This document shows positions 26,217-34,849 of a stretch of 64,000 bases of DNA, one piece after another (the stretch's first letter is position 1; each line of letters begins with the position of its first letter). The notes below the pieces were generated by a model. It did no database searches. It was given only the letters and a program-made list of their open reading frames with translations, and had not been told where the DNA came from. Made by a program: the position numbers and the translations under genes. This DNA comes from an uncultured bacterium (GTDB lineage: Bacteria > Fermentibacterota > Fermentibacteria > Fermentibacterales > Fermentibacteraceae). The stretch lies in contig CAZRWD010000003.1 of the NCBI GenBank assembly GCA_964603785.1, positions 142,716 to 206,715 of the forward strand. The letters are read 5' to 3'.

Positions 26217-27058
26217 ACCCGCTGACGGCCTCGGCCATCCTGTCCGTCGTCTCGGTGGCCGCCGAGGAGGTCTTCCTCCGCAGGAGCGGCTTCAGGCTGG
26301 CCGACCTCGAGATCTCGCCCGCGGGGCTGCCGCGGGGCGTGAGCGGCAGGCAGCGGGTCTTCCACCTCCGCTACCGGATCATCCGCATCGTCCAGTTCGC
26401 GGTCTTCGGCAGCATGTGGATACTCGCGGCCGCCAGGACCGACAGGGCCATGGTGGCATCCCCCCTCGGCCAGCTCACGACCGCCCTGCTGATGCTGCAG
26501 GTCGTCAGGGTGCTGGGGCGGAGGATACTCAGGAGCTGGGCCCTCCTGACCGTGACGGGGCTCCAGCAGGCCCTGCAGGCCGCACTCGTCCCCGTGCTCG
26601 CGGGGCTGCACCGCGGCCCGTTCCTCGTGGACCACATCCCGGGACAGGTCTACGGGATGTTCCTGACCACCGCGACCGCGGCGTCTGGCCTGGCCTTCTC
26701 GGCCTCCGTGACCTACCTCCTCAAGCTCCGGCCGGGCCGCACCCCGCGCATCCTCGGCGAGGAGCCGCCGCCCCTGGCGGCATCGGAGGGCATAGCGAGG
26801 AGGTCGGTGGCCACGGCCCTGCCCCTCCTCTCGGGCGCCCTCGCCTCGGGGGCCGTCATCGTACTCACGGGAGGCGGTGCGGGAGCCCTGAGGCTTCCCG
26901 CCGTCGCCCTCGCGGCGCTGGCTGCCGCCATCCTCTCGTTCCGCTCGTTCAGGAACAGGAATCTCCTTCACCATCCCGCCGGGATGACGGCGGCCCTCCT
27001 GCCGTACGTCCTGCTGCTCGCGGGGATCGTGTCCGGCCTTGCCTCCGTCCGTCCCTGA
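26213..27058 (+). CDS. Uncharacterised polytopic membrane protein
   Basis: ATG overlaps the MFS stop (ATGA at 26213-26216). About eight hydrophobic helices. No family recognised. Confidence 0.5.
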   Translation: MNPLTASAILSVVSVAAEEVFLRRSGFRLADLEISPAGLPRGVSGRQRVFHLRYRIIRIVQFAVFGSMWILAAARTDRAMVASPLGQLTTALLMLQVVRVLGRRILRSWALLTVTGLQQALQAALVPVLAGLHRGPFLVDHIPGQVYGMFLTTATAASGLAFSASVTYLLKLRPGRTPRILGEEPPPLAASEGIARRSVATALPLLSGALASGAVIVLTGGGAGALRLPAVALAALAAAILSFRSFRNRNLLHHPAGMTAALLPYVLLLAGIVSGLASVRP

Positions 27059-28838
27059 ACACCGGGGCGCACTGCTCGTCCAGCTTCCCCTGAACGGCAT
27101 CGCAGCGCTGGAGCCGACCGGCAACATCCCATATGCGGGAGGCCTCCTGGCCGCCGCGGCAGGGCTGGGTCCAGGGTCCGTCCTGGGCATGGAGGCCTGC
27201 GACACCCTGGGCGACCGGGCCCTCCTGTCCGAGATCGTCTCGAGGGGGCCCGGAACCGTCGGATTCACCCTCTACTGCTGGAATGTCGAGAGGAGCGTCC
27301 GCATGGCCCGGGCCCTGCGCGAAGCCCTTCCGGGCGTGAGGCTGGTCGCGGGGGGTCCGGAGGTCCAGCCGGACAACGGATGGCTGTCCGCGCAGGGCTG
27401 CTTCGACGTACTGGTCTCGGGCGAGGGCGAGCCCGTCTCGGGGATACTCACGGGCGGGCTTCCCGCAGCAGGCATGGTGATCTCCGGCAGCCACTCCTTC
27501 CCTCCCGGGGAGTACCCGGATCCCTGGCTGTCGGGCATCCTCGACCCGGCCGCGATGCCTTCCGTGATGGCTGAGACTGTCAGGGGGTGTGCCTCCGGCT
27601 GCATCTACTGCAGCTACAGGAGGAGCCACCCCGCGCAGCGGATCATGCCCGCCGCCCGTGCCGCCGCCCTGGCGCGCTCCCTCGCGGCGGCCGGGGCTTC
27701 GGAGATAGTCTTCATAGACCCCACGTTCAACGCGAGGGGCGACTTCGTGGAGCTCCTCCGCGGGCTCGACGGGATCGGGATCGAGTGCTTCGGCGAGATG
27801 CGCGGCGAGGGCGTCGGGCGGGATACGGCCCGGATGCTTGCTGCCGCGGGCTTCCGGTCGGTCGAGATCGGGCTCCAGACCTGGAACGGAGGAGCCCTGG
27901 AGTCCTGCGGGAGGCCATCGGACCCGGCCGCCGCGGCCATGGCGGCAGCCGTGCTGCGGGATGCCGGGATCGAGCCCGTCGTGGACATCATCATCGGCCT
28001 GCCGGGGGACACTCCCGAGGGGCCTCTGCGGGCCGCCCGGGAGCTCGTCCGGATGGGAGCGGGCGACCGCGTGCAGGTCTTCCATCTCGCGGCCCTGCCC
28101 GGAACGTCCCTGAGGGAGAGGACTGGCGAGTTCGGCCTGGAGTTCATGGACCGCCCGCCGTACTACGTCACGAGGACCCCGTGGGGGGGACCGGGCGAGA
28201 TAGCCGCCCTGCGGGAGGAGATAGCGGACATCCTGGGCTACGACCTGGACCTGGGGCACAGGCCCCTCCTCTTCGAGGGATGGGGGGGCACCGAGTCCTT
28301 CGATCTCGACCGTGGCGCCCCGCCGGGGGACGCACCGCCCTCGTACAGGCACGGGGCCCTGAGGCTTGCCTGCATGGAGCCCTGGGCGGCCAGGGAGGAG
28401 ATCCGCAGGCATGTCACGAGGCGGCTGCAGGCCGACCCCTTCTGCGTTCTCGATGTGATACTCGAGCCATCCCGTCCCTTTCCGCTCGACCTGCTGGACA
28501 TGATCCAGGCGATTCCGTCGGAGGAGGACTACTCGACCCGCACCGCCGGGGTGCACGGCCGTGCCGGGCGGACCAGACCCGCCATACATCTCGGGGATGT
28601 GCGGGAGTTCGATCCACGGTGGCTCACGGCCGCATCCGCCTGCTGTCCGGTGGTGGTGGACGCGGCCGACCCCTCGGAGCTGCCGGCGGAGCTCCTTGCC
28701 GCCGGAGTCGGCGTGAGGCTCCCGGGGACCGCCTGGGATCTCCCCTCACTCGAGTCCCGCGTGGCGGACCCCTCCCTCGTGCACTTCGAGTCGATGCTCA
28801 TGGAGAAGCTCTGGTGTCACGCCGTCCTCGACCTCTGA
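27039..28838 (+). CDS. B12-binding-domain radical SAM protein
   Basis: N-terminal Rossmann-like B12-binding region (ALLVQLPLN...PYAGGLLAAAAG). Radical SAM cysteine motif CASGCIYC. TTG start overlaps the upstream gene by 20 nt. Confidence 0.75.
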   Translation: MPPSVPEHRGALLVQLPLNGIAALEPTGNIPYAGGLLAAAAGLGPGSVLGMEACDTLGDRALLSEIVSRGPGTVGFTLYCWNVERSVRMARALREALPGVRLVAGGPEVQPDNGWLSAQGCFDVLVSGEGEPVSGILTGGLPAAGMVISGSHSFPPGEYPDPWLSGILDPAAMPSVMAETVRGCASGCIYCSYRRSHPAQRIMPAARAAALARSLAAAGASEIVFIDPTFNARGDFVELLRGLDGIGIECFGEMRGEGVGRDTARMLAAAGFRSVEIGLQTWNGGALESCGRPSDPAAAAMAAAVLRDAGIEPVVDIIIGLPGDTPEGPLRAARELVRMGAGDRVQVFHLAALPGTSLRERTGEFGLEFMDRPPYYVTRTPWGGPGEIAALREEIADILGYDLDLGHRPLLFEGWGGTESFDLDRGAPPGDAPPSYRHGALRLACMEPWAAREEIRRHVTRRLQADPFCVLDVILEPSRPFPLDLLDMIQAIPSEEDYSTRTAGVHGRAGRTRPAIHLGDVREFDPRWLTAASACCPVVVDAADPSELPAELLAAGVGVRLPGTAWDLPSLESRVADPSLVHFESMLMEKLWCHAVLDL

Positions 28839-28840
28839 AC

Positions 28841-29025
28841 GGGGTCAGGCTACTCAAGCCGTAAATACTCTGCAGACAACATGTTGAGAAAAGCAGGGTC
28901 AGGCTACTCAAGCCGTTGGCAGCGATACCAGTTTCGATCAAGAGTCACCTGCGCTTGAGTAGCCTGACCCTGCTTTTTCAACTGAAAAGTCTGACAATAG
29001 TTTACGGCTTGAGTAGCCTGACCCC
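28841..29025. repeat. MITE-like composite inverted repeat of about 185 bp (perfect 22-bp terminal inverted repeats, two internal copies of the same 20-mer)
   Basis: GGGGTCAGGCTACTCAAGCCGT at 28841 and its exact reverse complement ACGGCTTGAGTAGCCTGACCCC ending at 29025. Additional copies at 28896 (direct) and 28952 (inverted). The left and right arms are imperfect mirror images. Locally about 50% GC in a genome of about 68% GC. Intergenic. Confidence 0.6.
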
Positions 29026-29053
29026 GATTGCCCCCGATTGCATTGACCGATCG

Positions 29054-29067
29054 TTAGGCTTACCTAA
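29054..29067. promoter_or_regulatory. Putative DtxR/IdeR-type operator (palindrome TTAGGCTTACCTAA)
   Basis: Palindromic TTAGG-N4-CCTAA resembling the DtxR/IdeR iron box (TTAGGTTAGCCTAACCTAA consensus). Centred about 17 nt upstream of the dtxR-family gene start at 29078. Confidence 0.45.
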
Positions 29068-29077
29068 TGATACCGGC

Positions 29078-29794
29078 ATGGCAATCTCCAAGAGCCAGGA
29101 GGACTACCTGCGCACCATACACGACCTCGCCAGGGGCGAGGGGAGGGCCCGGGTGGCCGACATAGCCAGGGTCCGCGGCGTCAGCATGGCAAGTGTATGC
29201 GAGGCACTGCACAAGCTGGACAGGGAGGGCCTCGTGAGCTACTCCGCGGGAGAGTCCATCTCCCTCACGGAGGAGGGCGTCAGACAGGCCGTCAGGCTCT
29301 CCTCCGTCCACGACTTCCTGCTCCGCTTCCTCCGGGAGGTGCTGGGCGTGAACAGGGAGGACGCGGAGAAGGACGCCTGCTCGATGGAGCACTCCCTGAG
29401 CGCCGACACCATCTCCCACCTGGTCGCGCTGTCCCAGTTCGCCGACTCCAGGCTCCACGGAGGCGAGAGCCTCCTCGAGGCCTTCCGCAGGAGCGAGGCG
29501 GACGGAAGCGCCGCCGCTCCCCTCCACAGGGGCAGACACGGCGGATGGAGGAGGGACGTCCAGGGTCCGACCATAGCCGACATCCCCGAAGGCGGAAGTG
29601 CGAGGGTCGTGCATCTCCACGCCTCCTGCCCGATAAGGCGGAGGCTCGCCGACATGGGCATCCTGCCGGGCGTGGAGATCGAGCTCGTCCGCAGGGCGCC
29701 CCTCGGTGGCCCCATCGAGATCGCCCTCGACGGATTCTCCCTGACCCTCAGGAGAGGCGAGGCCTCGAGGGTGGAGGTCGAGCCCCTCCCGTGA
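29078..29794 (+). CDS. DtxR/IdeR/MntR-family metal-dependent transcriptional regulator with C-terminal SH3-like (FeoA) domain
   Basis: N-terminal wHTH (SQEDYLRTIHDL...RVADIARVRGVSMASVCEALHKLDREGLV). Metal-binding/dimerisation region. C-terminal FeoA/SH3-like domain (VHLHASCPIRRRLADMGILPGVEIELVRRAPLGGPIEIALDGFSLTLRRGEA). Confidence 0.8.
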   Translation: MAISKSQEDYLRTIHDLARGEGRARVADIARVRGVSMASVCEALHKLDREGLVSYSAGESISLTEEGVRQAVRLSSVHDFLLRFLREVLGVNREDAEKDACSMEHSLSADTISHLVALSQFADSRLHGGESLLEAFRRSEADGSAAAPLHRGRHGGWRRDVQGPTIADIPEGGSARVVHLHASCPIRRRLADMGILPGVEIELVRRAPLGGPIEIALDGFSLTLRRGEASRVEVEPLP

Positions 29795-29799
29795 AGAGG

Positions 29800-31812
29800 A
29801 TGAGCATCGCACTCGTTGGAAACCCGAACACGGGCAAGTCGACGATCTTCAACAGGCTGACCGGATCGTCCGCATGCGAGGGCAACTACCCCGGGGTGAC
29901 CGTCGAACTGGCCTGCGGGCACAGGATGCAGGGGGACTCCAGGCTCGAGTTCATGGACCTCCCGGGGCAGTACAGCCTGTTCCCCGCCTCCCGCGACGAG
30001 TCGGTCGCCGTCAGGTACCTCCTCTCCACCCCGCCGGACGTGATCCTCAACGTGGTCGACGCCGGCAATCTCGAGAGGAACCTTCAACTGACGGTGCAGC
30101 TCGCAAGCCTGGGCATCCCGATGGTCCTGGCGCTGAACATGTACGACGAGGCGGCGGCTTCGGGGAGGGTTCCCGATCCCTCCATCCTCTCGGCCAGGCT
30201 CGGCATGCCGGTCATCAGGACCGTCGGACGCACCGGGACCGGGATCGAGGAGCTGGCGGCGGCCATCGTCTCCGCCGCGGCCTCATCCCCGCCCAGGTAC
30301 CAGGGGCTCGGGCAGGACGTCGACAGGGAGGTCGACACCCTGAGCGGCATGCTTCCCGCAACCGCCGTCAGGAGTGTCGGGCTGGCCACTCTTCTGCTTG
30401 AGGGCAGCGAGGAGGCGGGTGCGGTCCTCTCGGAGACGAGCCCGGATCGATCCGATGCAGCGATGACTGCCGCGGCCTCCGCGATCCGCCGCCTCGAGAG
30501 GCTCTACGGCGACCCGGTCCAGATCGTCACGACCGGCCTCAGGCGGGGGGTCGCGGCAGGCCTCGTGATGGAGGCGGCCGGCCCGCCCCGCAGGAGGTCG
30601 ACGGGTCCCAGCCTCACCAGGAGGATAGACTCCCTCCTCCTGAACCGCTTCCTGGGCGTGCCAATCTTCGCGGCCCTCATGTACGGGGCCTTCTGGATGA
30701 CCTTCCGGGCCTCGGCTCCGTTCGAGGGTCTCCTGGAGGGCCTCTTCGGTGCGCTTTCGGGCCTGGCCGCCTCGGTCGTCCCCGGGGGGGCGTTCCGGTC
30801 GCTCCTCGCGGACGGCATCGTGGGCGGCGTGGGCGGGGTCCTCATGTTCGTACCTGCCATAACCATCCTCTTCCTGCTCATCTCGGTCATGGAGGACACC
30901 GGCTACATGGCCAGGGCGGCCTTCCTCACCGACGGGCTCATGCACAGGGTGGGCCTCCACGGCCGCAGCTTCATCCCCATGCTCCTGGGCTTCGGCTGCA
31001 CGGTGCCCGCGGTGCTGGCCACGAGGACCCTCGACGACCGCCGTGACAGGCTTGCCACCATCTTCGTCCTGCCCCTGCTTTCCTGCGGCGCGAAGCTGCC
31101 GATATACCTGCTGGTCATCGGGGCCTTCTTCCCCGAGAACAGGGCGGCCATGCTGGTGACGGTGTATTCGGTGGGAATCCTCCTCGCACTGCTGGGCGCG
31201 AGGGTGCTCAGGAGAACCGTCCTGCGCGGCGAGGACTCCCCGTTCGTCATGGAGCTCCCGCCCTACCGCCTCCCGACCCTCACGGCTCTCGCAGGACATG
31301 TCTGGAGGCGTCTCAGGCACTACATAGCCAAGGCGGGCACCGTCATACTCGCCTTCTCGATAATCCTGTGGTTCCTCGGCTACTACCCGCGCCCCGCAGA
31401 GGGTGCCGACCCGGCGGAGGCCCTAGAGGCCTCCTTCGCCGGGAGGCTAGGCCAGTTCCTCGAGCCCGTGTTCTCGCCCCTGGGCTTCGACTGGAGGATC
31501 AGCACGGCCATGGTGGGCGCCGCCGGGGCCAAGGAGCTCTTCGTTTCGCAGATGGGAATACTCACCGCCCTCGAGGGCGGAGGCGAGGTCGACCTCCCGG
31601 AGCGGATGAGGAGCCTCTACGACCCCCGGACCGGGCTGGCGATGATGCTCTTCGCCCTCATCTCGACGCCCTGTCTGGCGACGGTCGCCATGGTCAGGCG
31701 CGAGACCGGCGGATGGAGGTGGGTGATCGCCCAGTACGCGGCGCTGACGGCTCTGGCCTGGGTGGTCGCCTTCGCGGGTCGATGGATCTCTGGGATATTC
31801 CGCCTGTTCTGA
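29800..31812 (+). CDS. feoB: Ferrous iron transport protein B
   Basis: N-terminal G-domain (IALVGNPNTGKSTIFNRLTG, DLPG) followed by the polytopic FeoB membrane domain. A GTG three codons upstream overlaps the dtxR stop and is an alternative start. Confidence 0.9.
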   Translation: MSIALVGNPNTGKSTIFNRLTGSSACEGNYPGVTVELACGHRMQGDSRLEFMDLPGQYSLFPASRDESVAVRYLLSTPPDVILNVVDAGNLERNLQLTVQLASLGIPMVLALNMYDEAAASGRVPDPSILSARLGMPVIRTVGRTGTGIEELAAAIVSAAASSPPRYQGLGQDVDREVDTLSGMLPATAVRSVGLATLLLEGSEEAGAVLSETSPDRSDAAMTAAASAIRRLERLYGDPVQIVTTGLRRGVAAGLVMEAAGPPRRRSTGPSLTRRIDSLLLNRFLGVPIFAALMYGAFWMTFRASAPFEGLLEGLFGALSGLAASVVPGGAFRSLLADGIVGGVGGVLMFVPAITILFLLISVMEDTGYMARAAFLTDGLMHRVGLHGRSFIPMLLGFGCTVPAVLATRTLDDRRDRLATIFVLPLLSCGAKLPIYLLVIGAFFPENRAAMLVTVYSVGILLALLGARVLRRTVLRGEDSPFVMELPPYRLPTLTALAGHVWRRLRHYIAKAGTVILAFSIILWFLGYYPRPAEGADPAEALEASFAGRLGQFLEPVFSPLGFDWRISTAMVGAAGAKELFVSQMGILTALEGGGEVDLPERMRSLYDPRTGLAMMLFALISTPCLATVAMVRRETGGWRWVIAQYAALTALAWVVAFAGRWISGIFRLF

Positions 31813-31952
31813 TGCTCCTCGCGGCGCTGGCCTTCCTCGCGGTGAGGACGGCCAGGCGCTCGAAGAGGCGCAGGGGCGGCTGCGAGGGCTGCCCCTGGTC
31901 CGACGGATGCGGCGGCGGATCCTGCCCTACTTCTGGCGCATCCTCTTCCTGA
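31812..31952 (+). CDS. FeoB-associated Cys-rich small membrane protein
   Basis: About 46-56 aa: one TM helix (LLAALAFLAV), a basic stretch (RRSKRRRGG), then a Cys-rich tail (CEGCPWSDGCGGGSCP). The ATG overlaps the feoB stop (TGATG). An alternative upstream ATG is at 31782. Confidence 0.45.
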   Translation: MLLAALAFLAVRTARRSKRRRGGCEGCPWSDGCGGGSCPTSGASSS

Positions 31953-32544
31953 TGCTCTCGGGGACCGGCTGCTTGCGGTCGAAGGCCACGGGCCTCCTCA
32001 CCGCCTGATCGCGCGAGAGCTCGAGCCCGGCGGTGCGGCCGAAGTCGAACGCCTTCAGGTTCGTCTCGCGGAACCTGCCGGGAGAGAGGGTCTCGACGGC
32101 CCTCCTCCATGTCTCGACCTTGAAGAGGCCGACCACGGCGGACATCACGCCGAGCGCGAGCATGTTGGCCACCAGCGCGCTGTCGAAGCTCCTTACCGCC
32201 TCCGACGTGAACGGGTACCTGTAGACCGTTCCGGCGGGCACCTGGTTGACGAAGGTGGAGTCGACTATCGAGACGCCGGTCTCCTTCACGCAGGGGCTGT
32301 AGAGGTAGCAGCTCTCCTGGTTCATCGCGAGCAGCACATCCAGCTCGCGGCAGTTCGGGAAGAGGATCTCGTCACGGGAGATGATCACGTCGGTCTTGCT
32401 GGATCCGCCCCTGGCCTCCGGCCCGTAGCTCTGCGTCTGGCATACGTTGAAGTCCTCGGCCATGGCCGCCTCGGCCAGGATCCTCCCCGCGAGGCCCAGC
32501 CCCTGGCCGCCGGACCCGCTCAGGCGTATCTCGGCGTATCTCAT
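31927..32544 (-). CDS. korC: 2-oxoacid:ferredoxin oxidoreductase gamma subunit
   Basis: POR/KOR gamma signature (IRLSGSGGQGLGLAGRILAEAA...SYGPEARGG). ATGA overlap with the korB stop. Confidence 0.8.
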   Translation of the reverse strand: MRYAEIRLSGSGGQGLGLAGRILAEAAMAEDFNVCQTQSYGPEARGGSSKTDVIISRDEILFPNCRELDVLLAMNQESCYLYSPCVKETGVSIVDSTFVNQVPAGTVYRYPFTSEAVRSFDSALVANMLALGVMSAVVGLFKVETWRRAVETLSPGRFRETNLKAFDFGRTAGLELSRDQAVRRPVAFDRKQPVPESIRKRMRQK

Positions 32545-33386
32545 CTCTGAACCTCCGGGGCCTTCTGCCGGACCCTCCCGCAGAGGGCGGCGTAGAGCTC
32601 GGTGTACTCCGGCGCCTCGCGGTCCGAGAGAACGCCCCTCACGATCTTCCCCGCGAGGTCCTCGGGGCTCATCTTGGAGGCCTTCATCACGTTGACGGAG
32701 TTGTCCCTGAGGTCCTCCATCATCCTGACCGCATCACCCAGCCTGTTGGCCCTGCCGTAGTTGGTCGGGCAGGGCGAGAGGGCCTCGACCACGCTGAAGC
32801 CCTTCTTCTCGAGGGCCTGGCGTATGAGGCTGTCCATCTCTATCACATGGTACACGGTTGCTCGGGCCACGAAGGCGGCGCCGGCGGCCGACAGGAGCGC
32901 GCAGGTGTCGAAGCCGGGCTCTATCATGCCGTGGGGGGAGGTGGCGGTGATGGCGTTCATCGGGGTGGTCGGCGAGTGCTGCCCGCCAGTCATACCGTAG
33001 TTGAAGTTGTTCACGATTATCGATGTGATGTCGATGTTCCTGCGTGCCGCGTGGATCGCGTGGTTCCCCCCGATCGCCAGCGCGTCGCCGTCGCCCATCA
33101 CCGCGATGATCCTGAGGTCAGGGTTGGCCAGCTTCACGCCCGTGGCGAACGCCAGCGCCCTCCCGTGCATCGTGTGCAGCGTGTTGAAGTCGACGTAGAC
33201 GGGCATCCTCGAGGTGCAGCCGATCCCGGAGACCAGGACGATGTCGTTCTTGTTCCAGCCCAGGCTGTCCACGGCCCGGATGATCGAGCCCATCACGATG
33301 CCTATCCCGCAGCCCGGGCACCAGACGTGTGGAAACTTCTTCTTGGCGCGCAGATACTTGTACTCGTACGGCAGGATGGCGGGCAT
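32541..33386 (-). CDS. korB: 2-oxoacid:ferredoxin oxidoreductase beta subunit (TPP-binding)
   Basis: Cys motif WCPGCG, TPP-binding GDGD motif (IAVMGDGDALAIGGNH). ATGA overlap with the korA stop. Confidence 0.85.
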   Translation of the reverse strand: MPAILPYEYKYLRAKKKFPHVWCPGCGIGIVMGSIIRAVDSLGWNKNDIVLVSGIGCTSRMPVYVDFNTLHTMHGRALAFATGVKLANPDLRIIAVMGDGDALAIGGNHAIHAARRNIDITSIIVNNFNYGMTGGQHSPTTPMNAITATSPHGMIEPGFDTCALLSAAGAAFVARATVYHVIEMDSLIRQALEKKGFSVVEALSPCPTNYGRANRLGDAVRMMEDLRDNSVNVMKASKMSPEDLAGKIVRGVLSDREAPEYTELYAALCGRVRQKAPEVQR

Positions 33387-34525
33387 CACATCACCTCCAG
33401 TACCGCATCGACGATCTCCTCGGGGGTGATCTCGTGGCCGTCGACCCTCTGCACCGGGACCACCCTCACGCAGTCGGAGGTCAGCCTCTCGACCTCGTGT
33501 ATCAGCTGCCCCTGGTTGAGCTCGGGGACGATCACGACGTCCTTGTCGTCCAGCAGCTCCTTGGCTTCGCGGTCGGGGAACGGCCAGAGGGTGACGGGAC
33601 GGAACACGCCGACGTGCTTGTGCCTCTTCTCGAGCATCACCTGGGCGGCGAGGGCCGAGCGGTACACGGAGCCGTAGGCGAAGACCACCACCCTGGACCT
33701 CTCGACTTCGTGGAGCCTCACGTCCTTCAGCTCGTCCAGCCTGCGGACTATCTTGTTCTTCAGCCTCGACATCTTCTCGTTGACCTCGTCGACACGGCGG
33801 GTCGGGAAGCCCTGCCTGTCATGGGTCAGGCCGGTCACATGGAAGCGGTAGCCCGAGCCGTAGCTGGCCATGGGGGAGACGTTGGAGGCGGTCGGGTGGT
33901 AGTGCTCGTACCACTCCTTCGGCACCTCGGGGACGGGTCTCTCGGCTATCCGGACGTCCTCCTCCCTCGGGAAGGTCATCCTCTCCCTCATGTGGCCTAT
34001 GACCTCGTCCGACAGGATGATCACCGGTGTCCTGAAGGACTCCGAGAGGTTGAAGGCCCGGATGGTCAGGTCGAAGCACTCGCGGACGCTAGCGGGGGCG
34101 AGCACTATCGCGGGATGGTCGCCGTGCGTGCCCCACCTGGCCTGCATGACGTCGCCCTGCGCCACCTGCGTTGGAAGCCCGGTGGATGGTCCGGCCCTCA
34201 TGACGTTCACCAGCACGAAGGGTATCTCGGCCATGCATCCGAAGCCGAGGCCCTCCTGCATCAGGCTGAAGCCCGGGCCGCTCGTGGCGGTCATGGCCCT
34301 GGCCCCGGCCAGGCTGGCGCCCATGACGGAGCTGATGCTGGCGATCTCGTCCTCCATCTGGATGAACACGCCGTCCCGGAGCGGCAGGTTCCTGGCAAGT
34401 ATCTCCGCAACCTCGGTGGAGGGGGTTATCGGGTATCCTCCGAAGAACCTCACACCCGACGCGAGGGCTCCGAGGGCCATGGCCTCGTTGCCCTGCACGA
34501 GCCTGGTCTCACCCCAGGGGATCAT
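33386..34525 (-). CDS. korA: 2-oxoacid:ferredoxin oxidoreductase alpha subunit
   Basis: Trimmed to MIPWGETRLVQGNEAMALGA. Conserved alpha-subunit regions (GYPITPSTEV, MTATSGPGFSLMQEGLG). The start overlaps the korD stop. Confidence 0.85.
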   Translation of the reverse strand: MIPWGETRLVQGNEAMALGALASGVRFFGGYPITPSTEVAEILARNLPLRDGVFIQMEDEIASISSVMGASLAGARAMTATSGPGFSLMQEGLGFGCMAEIPFVLVNVMRAGPSTGLPTQVAQGDVMQARWGTHGDHPAIVLAPASVRECFDLTIRAFNLSESFRTPVIILSDEVIGHMRERMTFPREEDVRIAERPVPEVPKEWYEHYHPTASNVSPMASYGSGYRFHVTGLTHDRQGFPTRRVDEVNEKMSRLKNKIVRRLDELKDVRLHEVERSRVVVFAYGSVYRSALAAQVMLEKRHKHVGVFRPVTLWPFPDREAKELLDDKDVVIVPELNQGQLIHEVERLTSDCVRVVPVQRVDGHEITPEEIVDAVLEVM

Positions 34526-34845
34526 GCCTCGTCCCCCTCCTGCCGGATCTTCTCCAGCTCTTCGGTGACCGTGACTGCGAAGTCGGGGCAGCGCCTGGCG
34601 CAGAGGTAGCATCTGATGCACTGCTCGGGCCGGGCCACGAAGGCCTTGCCGTCCGGGCCCATCTCGAGCACCTGCCTGGGGCAGAAGGCGACGCAGATGC
34701 CGCACCCCTTGCACCATTCGTGGAAGATGTGGACGTACGAGCGAACCTCCTCCGGCTCGACGGCCGGGGCGGCTGCGGCGGGAGCGTCGGCCGGAGCCTG
34801 CTCCGCGGGCTCCCCGGCGTCCCCGGGACGGGGCTTTCCTTTCAT
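34522..34845 (-). CDS. korD: 4Fe-4S ferredoxin (delta subunit of 2-oxoacid:ferredoxin oxidoreductase)
   Basis: Two CxxCxxCxxxCP motifs (CKGCGICVAFCP and CIRCYLCARRCP). The delta-alpha-beta-gamma gene order is typical of Kor/OorDABC-type enzymes. Confidence 0.8.
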   Translation of the reverse strand: MKGKPRPGDAGEPAEQAPADAPAAAAPAVEPEEVRSYVHIFHEWCKGCGICVAFCPRQVLEMGPDGKAFVARPEQCIRCYLCARRCPDFAVTVTEELEKIRQEGDEA

Positions 34846-34849
34846 GGGT

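Noticed and set aside
28840-29030. Possible CRISPR array suggested by repeated about 20-bp units
   Set aside because: There are only four copies, in mixed direct and inverted orientation, forming a mirror-symmetric element with variable spacer-like lengths. No cas genes are present. The pattern fits a MITE or REP-like structure rather than CRISPR.
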